Assembly (NCBI RefSeq): GCF_037042905.1
Contig: NC_087251.1
Span: 186,001 to 250,000 of the forward strand
DNA length: 64,000 nt
Origin: Lytechinus pictus
Taxonomy: Eukaryota
Reading direction: 5' to 3'
Part shown: piece by piece, positions 49,748-61,199 of the stretch
Layout of the letters: each line of letters starts with the position of its first letter
Position numbering within the stretch: the first letter of the stretch is position 1
The notes under the pieces: model-generated
The model's input: the letters and a program-made list of their open reading frames with translations, nothing else
What the model was told of the DNA's origin: nothing
Databases searched by the model: none
Program-made: the position numbers and the translations under genes

Positions 49748-52590
49748 CCAAGTGGAACGCCTCTGGCAGTCTCACCTGCATCACGCAATTCAATATAGCA
49801 GCAGTGCTGACTTTGAAAACTACTATAACATAATTATTCACAAAAAGCCCCATTCATATAATGATACAATACTACGTTCAAGCCTTGAAATAAGAACCTG
49901 TGAGCCGGGGGCAATTTTTTTTTTTAATTGCCCCTGGCTCAAGGGCTTTTTACAGGAACCGGGGGCAATTTAAAAAAATATATATAACGGTGAACCACAC
50001 CGCAAATTTGTTTATAGTTAGCGCAGCTCCTGCAATTTTTTAATTAGTACATGAATAGCATATGCTAAGTATTTATAGGCTTATTAAAACATTTAAGAAA
50101 TCAGATTTAAATGTTTAAGTGTGTTTTGACACCCTCACTCCACATCCCCTTTACAACCAAACATACATGGGCTTATTTATTTTTCATCTTTAATGAACCA
50201 CGATCAATGAACCCCCCCCAAAAAAAAAAAAATCTAAATAAATGAATTTTAAAAAAAATAAAAAGAGAGATGGAGGAAGAGAGAATTCAGATCAAATAAT
50301 AAAAATTTAGAAAGAAAGAAATAATTTTTAAGGTTTTTCATGGTTAGAATCACGGGTGTGGGTGAGTGTTTGTGTGTGATTGTGACTGTGAGGTGCACTT
50401 GGATTGCATATAAATTATGTTAAAGAAATGAAGAAATGAAATCAATAAATAACTCAGTCTATTCAAATTCCAGCACATAGCCACAGGCTATGTACATGTA
50501 TTGTAGGTTCACGTACCTTAAGTTTTTCACAAGTTATTTGAAAACGCAGATCTCCACAGAAAATGCCTTTCATTCTGGGAGAGTCTAAATTTGGTGAAAA
50601 TGTATTCATACATAACTTAAATATTCATCACAATGAAGAAATCATAAAGTTTTTTGACAGTTTTCAAAAATTAACATAAAATCTAAATTCTATCTGAAAC
50701 GGAAAATCACCATCACTTAGGCCATTACTGATAGAATTCTCACCCAGGGCTCTGGCAGAGAACATGAGCTCAAACTGGCTTGCTAACACCACACTCAAGT
50801 GCACGGCGTCCTCCTATTTTTTTTTTTAGATGGAGCCCTGTTTGATGATTTATTGTCTGATATTTACCCCTCTCCAGGAAAGAAATTAAAAAGCTACAAT
50901 TCACAACTATAAGCTAAGTGATTTTGGATTATTAAGGCTCCGTTTTGACAAGCAAAGTCTGCGACTGTGAGGATAAAAGACTCGCACATCGTACGTATGT
51001 GCTGTGAACAGGGATTTATCTCCTGTGCAATTCAAATTACTATATCGCAGAATTGTGATATCCCAACTGGAAATGTGTGCATTAGAAATTGCACATGGTG
51101 AAGTATGGAAAAACCGCTACCGGAAGCACGCGCGCACATGTATTACAGAAAAAAAAAGACGGACGTAGCTCACTTTTCATGGTACAGAAAAAAAGACGCA
51201 CTTGGCAATTTTAAACTGTGTTTATCGTGAATAGAAAGTTACTTGATTTTGGCTTTACAGATATTTAAATTACATGTATGATATGGCTTCACTGCTCACT
51301 CACGGCGGGCGCAATAACCTGGAAAATATTTGCGCCCGGTCGTCAAAATTTTGATGATTTTGGGGCTTTATGGGCGCAATTGATGGCTTTATGAGCGCGA
51401 ATTTGGGCTCAGCGCCCGCTTATTTCAAGGCTTGACTACGTTCATTGAAAATAAATGACATTTGACCTTGATCATGAGACCTAAGACTTTTCAGTGATAC
51501 CTGATTACCCCTATATCCACATTTTATAAACTACAAACTTTGAAAGTTATGACAGCAATCTAATAATTACCTCCAAAATGGCCAAAGTTCAATGACCTTT
51601 GACTTTGGTCATGTGACCTGAAACTCTCATGAGATATTCAGTTATACTTGATTAACTTATGTCCAAGTTTCTTGAATCAGATCCATAAACTTTCAAAGTT
51701 ATGATGTCCAAGTTTTATGAACTACATGTAGATCCATACACTTTCAGAGTTATGATGGTTATTCAACAAATACCCCCAACATGACCAAAGTCCATTGACC
51801 TTGGTCATGTGACCTGAAACTCGCACAGGATGTTCAGTGATACCTGATTAACCTTATGTCTCAGTTTTATGAAAAAGACCAATACACTTACAGAGTTATG
51901 ATGGTGATTCAACAAGTACCCTCAACATGGCCAAAGTTTATTGACCTTTAGTGACCTTTGACCTTAGTCATGTGACCTGTAACTAGCACAGGATGTTCAG
52001 TGATACTTGATTACTCTTATATCCAATTTTTATGAACTAGACCAATAAACATTCAAAGTTATGATGGTAATTCAACAGATACCCACAACTTGACCAAAGT
52101 TCATTGACCCTAAATGACCTTTGACATTGATCATGTGACTTGAAACTCATGCACAATGTTCAGTAATACTTGATTAACCTTATGTCCAAGTTTCATGAAC
52201 TAGGTCCATATATTTTTAAGTTATGATGACATTTCAAAAACTTAACCTTGGGTTAAGATTTTGATGTTGATTCCCCCAACATGGTCTAAGTTCATTGACC
52301 CTAAATGACCTTTGACCTTGGTCATGTGACCTGAAACTCAGGCAGGATGTTCAGTAATAATTAGTTAAACCTTGTGGCCAAGTTTCATGAACTAGGTTCA
52401 TATACTTTCTAAGTTATGACGACATTTCAAAAATTTGCCCTTGGTTAAGATTTCAATATTGACAGTGCCACTGCCGTCGCAAAAGTGGCGCCGGCGCCTA
52501 CATAACTTTCTAAGTTATGCTGTCATTTCAAAAACTTAACCTTCGGTTAAGATTTGGTGTTCACGCTGCCGTTGGAAAAGCAGTGCCTAT
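49748..52590 (-). mobile_element. HINE-like element copy 3, interrupted
   Basis: Same end sequence and core repeats as 27742-28570. Confidence 0.75.
49879..51434. mobile_element. Non-autonomous hAT- or P-type element
   Basis: Perfect 16-bp TIR CAAGCCTTGAAATAAG; perfect 8-bp TSD ACTACGTT (49871-78, 51435-42). Confidence 0.92.
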
Positions 52591-52717
52591 AAAAACCGAA
52601 GTTTTTTTTTAATATTAATTAAACGAAACAATGACATACATTAAATAAGAACAAGGCTCCGATTTATAAGTCAACAAGACAAGGAAGCCCAACTGAAAAA
52701 ATCTTTTTTTCTATTAA

Positions 52718-53300
52718 AGGAGAATGAAACCCTTGAAACCAGCTGAATCCATATCAAAGAGAAAAATCAAAGAAACATATTGTTGAAAGTTTGAGGAAAA
52801 TTGAATGAATAATAAGAAAGTTATGAGCATTCGAATATTGAGATCACTAGTGCCATGTAGATCCTCCCAACGGCAATGCGACCAAGATCTGTGATATCAC
52901 ACACGTACAACTCCCTCATTACATTAGTACTTATTTCACTTATATTCTCACTTTTATAGAGTCTATCACAAGGTGAGGTGTTCTCTTTATGAGATGACAA
53001 GTACAGAGGTTTCACAACATTATATCATTGATGAATCGTTTGTCATATGATTAGAATGAGCAAAAAGAGATGTTTTGGGGTATATTTTCAGTGTCCAAAT
53101 GGGAGAGTTGTACGTGTGTGACATCACAGATCTTGGTCGCATTGCCAATGGGAGGATCTCCATAGCATTAGTGATCTCGACATTCAAATGCTCATAACTC
53201 TTTTCTTGCTAGTCCTATTTTTCTCAAAGTTTTGTTGATCTTATTCTTTGATTTTTCTGCTTTCACAAAAGCTAACTTGCTCCAAGAGTTTCATTCTCCT
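52718..53300. mobile_element. Kolobok-like MITE
   Basis: TTAA|AGGAGAATGAAAC...GTTTCATTCTCCT|TTAC; ~200-bp imperfect arms. Confidence 0.8.
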
Positions 53301-53679
53301 TTACAGATAATTATCGCTAATTAAACAATAAAAGGCTTTGAGGAACAAAGTCCGAAGACAATCCAAGAAGACCAACTGAAGGAACGAAATTTCATTCAGG
53401 GGAGAAGACCATCTGTAAGAAAAAAATTCGAAGACGGGAATGAACAATCACACGGCTTAATTGATTCGATAACAAAGGGTAGTTAATAAATAATACAACA
53501 ATATTGAATAACACCCTTTCGAAGAAACATGACAGCAAGTCTTCATAAGACTGAAAAGGGCTACTTTTTGCATTCCGGGTGCTCTTTTCAAATGCTACGT
53601 TTTTGTATTTTGAGGAATACCTGTTCACTTATTAAATGAATTATTACTTATTGTTTAATATTGTATGATTTCTAAAATT

Positions 53680-54400
53680 ATTTTTTTCATGCTTAGAATC
53701 TTGGATGTGGGTGTGTTTGTGTGGTTGTGACTGTGAGTTGAACTTGGATATAAATGAATTCAATATCTAATTTCTATTCCAGTACAATAACCTGTACTCA
53801 GCCATGTAATAAAGGCCCACATACCCTAACTTTTCCTGAAGTTATTTGAAAATGCAGATCTCCAAGAAAATTGCATTTCTCTATGGGGGAGTCTAAATTT
53901 GGTGAGAATGAACTCATTAATAACTTAAATATACATGACAATGAAGAAATCATCAAACTTTATTGGCAGTTTTGAATAATATACCCGAAATGTAAACTCT
54001 GTCTGAAACAGAAAATCACCATCATTGAGGCCTTTACTGAGCAAATTGTCCCCCAGAGCTCTGGCAGAGAGACAGAGCTCAGACTGGCCTTGTAAAATAG
54101 ATTGAGCCTTATTTGATGATTTACTGTCTGATATTTAACTCATCCCCTAGAAAAATAAAACAAATGATTTTTAAGTTATAATTACCAAATAAGATAAGTT
54201 ATTTTGGATGTTACTAGGCCGTTTTGAAAAGCAAAGCCGAATGACAACTCACCAATTCGAGGTTACTAGACTCTGGGATTTATTTCCTGTGTAATTCGAA
54301 TTATTTTATCACAGAATTGTGATATCTGTAGGGGAAAATGTGCATTAGAAATTGCACATGGTGGTAGTCATAATGGACCCCTATACTGCAACCGTTTCCC
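53680..54400 (+). repeat. Diverged paralog of the internal part (~50330-51110) of the hAT/P-type element
   Basis: Shared AAGTTATTTGAAAA.GCAGATCTCCA, GAGTCTAAATTTGGTGA, TGTGCATTAGAAATTGCACATGGTG. Confidence 0.8.
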
Positions 54401-55146
54401 GACCGTTGCGTTGATTTCTTTTTCATACCATGTGTACCGGTATGGAAAAACGTGGTACAGAAAAAAGACGAAACTTCGGAATTTGAAACTGTGCTCCTCG
54501 CCATTTCCAAGACTTGTTCATGATTTTGAGTGCGGATTATTGATTATTTTTAAATGGTAAGCGGAGCTCGAGCATGTGGCGCTCGTGGGCCGCTGAGTTG
54601 TTATCGCTCGGCAATAATTTCGGGGGCAACATTAAGATTTTATGTCGCCCCCGAAAGCATGATTTTGGGTGATTTCGAGGGCGACTTTATGCATTTTCCG
54701 GGGCAAATTCGCCCGCCGCCCCCGTGTATTTTTTCGCTGACACTAACAACGAATGGTGAAAGGAGCGCAAGAGATATGGGGGAGGAGCTATTGAGCTCTC
54801 CACCCGTGCGTTGTGTAAAGGCAAACACAAGCTCAAAAATCGATTTTGGGGTTGACATGTATAAATAGTCACACAGCATCGTAACGTTAGGTCCGATTTT
54901 CACAAATATGTTGTCGAAAGACCTGCAAAACTTGAAGAGTAACATAATATTGTTCAGCAGCATAGTCGCAAACTTTGTTGATTGCATGGTGTTATGTACA
55001 CTACAGCTGTCGACCAATCTCCAAGGTTTAATGTGAAAGAGTGACGTCACAATAAGAGCGCAACATGTGCTCATGTATTATAAACATACAAATATCATCC
55101 AATATCATACTACAAAAATGAAAAGATTTGAGGTATAATGACGAAC

Positions 55147-55278
55147 CTGTGATTTATCGTCCCATGCCGTTCTGACACTCCTTCCATCATTGCCTCCACC
55201 TCTTCCTCTTCCTCTACCTCTACCTCTTCCTCTGCCACGCCCGCCTTGTCCTTGCTCTCCCATTGGTCCTCCAGATCC
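55147..55278 (-). CDS. CCDC9: Host gene internal exon (132 nt, phase 0-0), RG-rich segment of CCDC9-family protein
   Basis: Minus strand ttgactgcag|GGA...CAG|gttcgt; translates GSGGPMGEQGQGGRGRGRGRGRGRGRGGGNDGRSVRTAWDDKSQ; splices in frame to the 29035 exon; the RG run followed by D-x-KS resembles vertebrate CCDC9 as I recall it. Confidence 0.8.
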
Positions 55279-56899
55279 CTGCAGTCAACAATCAATTGAA
55301 AGCACACACCCCATTAAAAAATGCATGATATTGACATCCTTGTTTGTGATCAGAGTTAAAATAGTCTCAGGGTGTTTGGTTCAGAAGAATTTGATAGTCA
55401 AGACATGGGAAACCCAACAGGTGTTAAGTCTGATTCTCTTTGTCAAAATCCCTCTCAAAAATGAACATGAAGAAGGTACATTAAACTATCCACAATTTTT
55501 TTGCCTTCATTCCAAGTTTGATTACATATTTTCTTGTTTACTAATTGGGAATGGACCAAGTCAATTTCTCAGTTCATTCTGGTAAACTTGAATATTCTTG
55601 GAAGATTTTTCAATATACATGTATCATCAAAAGACAATAATTTCCAAAACATAAGAACACAGAAAATGTATTGAAACATAGGGGCAAAGTTTACACCCAT
55701 TCATTATAATTGGATATAATATATAATAAGATATACTATGAAATTTTTTATTATCTAAAACATTACAAAAGCAAGATCAGACAGATGACCTTTGACCTTT
55801 GAATGATGCAGGAACAAAGATTAGTAGAAGAAATAACATGCTTAACAAACTAACAAACAAAGACATAACTCCACATGACACCTTTAGACTCCTTGTGCCA
55901 TTCCCTGTACTCGGTATAAACAAAACTTGTGGGAAAGATGGATATAATCATTGCCAATTAAGAAATTCTTTCAACCACAATAAGGAAAAGAATCATAAAA
56001 AAAAAGTTTTCCACTGCAAAGGAATACTTTTTGATTTAGTTGGGGGGGATGCATGTACATGTATGTTTTATTTTCATTTCGAATTGATGTAAAAGGTCTG
56101 TTTATGGTACCATTTTGAGGGTATGGTCTTAAAAGTAATTTTAATTCAAGTTTCACAAGAATTTTGACAGTTATTTTGAATTTTCCTTAATTTTATTATA
56201 TTCTCATTTCACTACTGACATATTAGGAATTATGTACGGGCACTGTAATAATCATTTATGTTCCCTAAAATTTTTGTAATCAGCACATGGATGAATATAA
56301 TTTCAGGTCATTAGGCAAAGGTTAAAATCATATTTACTTTATTTTTATCAATTATTCCGCCATATCAACCCAGATAAATACCAAACTAGAATCTTTAAAA
56401 TATTTGTTCCACCGGACATTTTATAAGGCTGCAAAAAATGTCACATATTAGTAATGATGAACGGGCATCATAATCACCATTTATTTTCAGGCATGTTTCA
56501 AGGTTATGAGCAAGCAGCTGATGTCATCCCCACATATTCTTTCGTATTATGAAATTATGATTATGCAAATTGTTTCCTCCATGAAAGTGAAAATTGGATT
56601 GAAAACTGATTTAATGTGTAAGATAATCATTGCTGCAACTTATTTTGTAATAATGGAGACTGCACACATGGATGAAAATATGAAATAATGATTTCATGTA
56701 ATAACATAAGAAAAAGGATAGTGGGGAAATGTCATCAGCCCTGAATATTCAAGATGGCTTACGTATAACTGTTTTCACAAAATAATTTGTTCTCCAATTT
56801 TGATGAAATGTCTAGCATTCTGCTTGGTGAATTTTAATCTACTTAGTTAGATTATTATTATTTATAATTATTTTCAGCCCGGAGTATCCCTTAAGAGCT

Positions 56900-57705
56900 C
56901 AGCCACGGATCAAGCGATCACGACAAAAATTTGTATGATAGCTGAGAATGACACAGTTTACGCACTTGCATAATTGCACTAAATATTTTATTCTACATTA
57001 ATTATGCTAATTTATTCATGAAATCAAACTGTTTTCTATAATTCACTACAGCTCCGAGAATGCTAATTTTTTGTGAAATTTTTTAGCAGTTTCAACTATC
57101 ATAAAGGAAAAATCTTGGTACCAGAACTGATTTCTTATGTATTTGATTGGGGGTTTTCTTAATTTCTTATGTATTTCTTTTCTTTATTTCTTTAAACAAA
57201 ATTCATCGGCGACATTATTTCAGCCATAAATAGTATTGAATAAATGGCTGTTGTAAATATACGTAAAAATAATCAATAATTTATGGATTCGTCGCCTTCC
57301 CGCACAAAGGCCATTAGTGCGCACTGCACGTCGCCTTCCCCCGGAAGGGCCGTTATCATGCAGTGGACAGTACACGCTAACGGCTTTTGTGCGGGAAGGC
57401 GACGTGCAGTCCGCGCTAACGGCCCTTTCGCGGGAAGGCGACGCGTAGTGCGTTCTAACGGCCTTTGTGCGGGAAGGCGACGAATTGTAGCTGAAAACAC
57501 AGTTTGTATTGACTTTGTAAATGAAATCACGTTTTCGAGTGATGTAGGGTTTGACATGCACTAACAAAATGTTGCATTCCTGGCATCACAAAGTTGGTCT
57601 CAAAATTTCAGTCAGCTAGCATGACGTTAAAAATTTTTGTGCAGCAGATTTACCCAAAAAAAATGTTGTGGGGCCATCACCCCCCCCCCCCCACCCATAT
57701 TAGGG
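56900..57705. mobile_element. Decayed piggyBac-like MITE copy
   Basis: Similarity to 46200-46859; ends TAGGG|TTAA. Confidence 0.6.
57287..57485. repeat. Palindromic element made of 39-bp units (2 forward, 3 inverted)
   Basis: CGTCGCCTTCCC repeats facing GGGAAGGCGACG repeats. Confidence 0.85.
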
Positions 57706-58584
57706 TTAATAGACAATTTCATACTTTCTGCAAAGCATAATTCAATGCAAATAGTTCAGTATGCTACAGTACTACTTATCATGCTATTAGTTTGCCATAC
57801 ACTTTAACCAATCCTTGTGCAATTCAATCTTACAAAATTGATTGAAGCTAGATTTATACATAGCTGTTAATGTTGTACATGTAAAGAAGAGGTTGAAAGG
57901 ATGATTTTTTTTTCTCTTCTGAATAAGGACTAAGAAAAGTAATTCAATAGAAAAATACCAGTAAGTACAAAAATGCAGAAAAAAAGAGACAAAAAAGAAG
58001 TAAACAGATCTAGTAATAAATAAAACCAAACAATTTGTCCCACTAAAAACCAAAACAAAATTATCAATATTGCAGGGTTTTTAAAAACTACTCATTTGCG
58101 GATTTTGACGAGCCAACTGTTTTACAATAAATAATAAAGCTGACATCTTAACAAACATGTTCAATTGCAACCATTTCTTGGTAGTGTTCACATCAAATAA
58201 AGAATAGGGAGAATGTAACCAATACCCAAAATGTCCTATATCAGGAATGTGAGAGGTTTATGAAATGCTAAATTGCAGTTGATTTGACAAATACATGTAC
58301 AATGTAGATATGCAAAATAGACAATAAAGCAAAATTTGAAGCAGGAGGAAGAGGATGATTGAAAAGTCAAAAGACAGCACTGTTGTACTACAAGTTTCAA
58401 CAATATTGCAGACTGAGCCACATACATGTAAGAATTGAAAAGAGTATCTGATTAAAATTTTATGTTAAAAAAGAAAAGAAGCTTTAGAAAGGACAAAGTA
58501 AAAGTGATCATATTTCATTTTAGATGTGTGGGCTACTCAAGTATAGACATTTATTATTTTTTTAATAGAAATTCTAATTGTTAA

Positions 58585-60533
58585 AGGAGAAATATATTGA
58601 TTATGAATATGGCCTTATTATATATCAGTGGAAAGGTAATGATGTGAGGATTACCATTAGGTCATTCAAAAATAACGAAAATAATACATAAGGTGGAAAT
58701 CGCCGATTAAAAAGCGCTAAAATGCCTCTCCGAAATATGCCTCGCATCGGTCTCTGAATTGACTCGAATTTGATGACGTCACTGTCTGTACGAGAGGCGT
58801 GATTGGCTCTCCCACGTCAAGCTCCACTTGCATGCAAAACCTGTTGCGAGGGTACGTTTTCTCCACACTGACACTGAATACTTCGATCATGAAATGAAAG
58901 AAAACCCAGAAATTTATCTAGATTTGGATTTTCAAATTGATGATTATGAAGATGAATGATGATAAAGTTTCTAACTCTAGAAAAACAAAGTGACGTGGAT
59001 GGTGGTAAATTAAGGGAATTACGCCGGTGATGATGAGTAAGACAATTCAACTTGCAAGCCGATTCGCTACCAACGCATGCAGCTGCTAGCTGCACCGCGG
59101 GTCAAATCCATGAAAATGAATTCCATGCAGCATGACCACATCCAGACAGAGTCTCTTTCCTTTATCAACAACATAATGAGAAGGAAAATAATAAAATAAC
59201 TGTACTTACATGTACAAATAAGTGAATATATCCGAACCTAGGCTGAAGGTAAATAAACTCAAGGAATAGCAGCAGACGATATGCACCGACGATGAATTTC
59301 ACGTGGCTGGAATAGATTGTCACTCGTTCTGTTAGATAAAATTTATATCTCATTATTTTGACTAAATTACGAAACTCGGATAATTAGTATTCTACATAAA
59401 AATTAAGTAACACCTGGTACTATTTTTTGAATTACAATAAAATATTTTTGAAGCAAAGAAATTGAGGTAAATTAAAATAAGATATAAAAGATCATCCACT
59501 TAGCCGCATGCGATTGTAAACAAACAATCAAAAGCACATGGCCAGCTAGCTCCACTGAACTGAAAATACGTATTTTCAGTTCAGTGGCTTGCTCGCCCAT
59601 AGAGTTGGAGCGTAGCTTTATCCAACTCTATGTGCTCGCCTTGCTGATTGTTTACAATCGAATGCGAGCTAGGCGGATGATCTTTTATATCTAATTTTAA
59701 TTTACCTCAATTTCTTTGCTTCAAAAAGGTTTTATCGTAATTCAAGAAATAGTACCAGGTGTTACTTAATTTTTATGTAGAATACTAATCCTCCGAGTTT
59801 CGTAATTTAGTCAAAATAATGAGATAGAAATTTTATCTAACAGAACGAGTGACAATCTCCCAGCCACGTGAAATTCATCGTCGGTGCATATCGTCTGCTG
59901 TTATTCCTTGAGTTGATTTACCTTCAGCCTAGGTTCGGATATATTCACTTGTTTGTAAGTACAGTTATATCATTATTTTCATTCTCATTATGGTGTTGAT
60001 AGAAGAAAGAGACTCTGTCTGGATGTGGTCGTGATGGAATTCATTTTCATGGATTTGACCTGCGGAGCAGCTATCAGCTGCATGTGTTGGTAGCAAATCG
60101 GCATGCAAGTTGAATTGTCCGACTCATAATCACCGGCGTAATTCCCCTAATGTATACCTCTATCCACGTCACTTTGTTTTTCTAGAGCTAGAAACTTCAT
60201 CATCATTCTCTTCATCTTCATAATCATCAATTTGAAAATCCAAATCTAGATAAAATTCTGGGTTTTCTTTCATTTCGGGATCGAAGTATTCAGTGACAAT
60301 GTGGAGAAAACGTACCCTCGCAACAGGTTTTGCATGCAAGTGGAGCTTCACGTTGGAGAGCCAATCACGCCTCTCGTACAGAAAGTGACGTCATAAAAAA
60401 TCCCCAATTTCGCGGACATAAATTCTGCGTGTTTGAAGCATTCAGAGAGAGAACTTTAAACTATCAATTAACTGAGTTCCATCGGTCTCCATGATAAATG
60501 ATTTACACCATCGTGTTTTCCTTATTTTCTCCT
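58585..60533. mobile_element. Kolobok-like element containing a 1.6-kb internal palindrome (58774-60393)
   Basis: TTAA|AGGAGAAA...TTTCTCCT|TAAA termini; ~770-bp inverted arms. Confidence 0.6.
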
Positions 60534-61199
60534 TAAATTTGATATATGATTCTCCATTTTTATGATTTTCATTATAGTTCTACTTTAATCATTATTATTA
60601 AAACAAAAGCAGAAAAAGCTTATTAATCATCATGAAACAGAAAAGATTGTGAAACATGAATGGTGGACAACATGTATTTAAAATCAAACAGCTGATGTGA
60701 ACTTGTCTTCATAAGATGCTGAACAATATGTGGAGACATTTATAATAAATGCTCTTCACACTACTTCAAGGAGCCACAATGCAAATTGTAAGGTTCAACA
60801 GGCTTGTCATCAGATTGTAAAGGTCAATATTAGAGTATAACTATGAGTGGAGGTAGGAATAATAGTAATGTTATATAACCAAAATGAGGGTAGATGCATG
60901 AAGGATGGATGGAGGGGTGTATACCTCACCATGCATTGGATTATGTACCTTGTGACGAGGGCTCTCCACACCCAGAGAGCAATCATTGGGGAACGTAACT
61001 ATCAAAGTCTATAGAGAAATACATGTAGTAACAGTGGAATAACCACAAACAGGAAGAAAGGATAAATAAAGGTATAAGTAGTACATTAAATGAAAGGGAA
61101 AATATTGGAAAAATGAGAATTTGGTATCATGGCCAGACTTAATTACGTAGTGGCATTGTTCTCTGGGATACAGAGCTGCTGTACCATCCATCAAATGCA

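Noticed and set aside
55110..55585. Pro/Leu-rich plus-strand ORF and Glu-rich minus-strand ORF
   Set aside because: Antisense and off-frame shadows of the RG-repeat exon
60169..60351. Acidic mini-ORF as a host exon
   Set aside because: Lies in a palindrome arm, its counterpart in the other arm is disrupted, no clear splice sites
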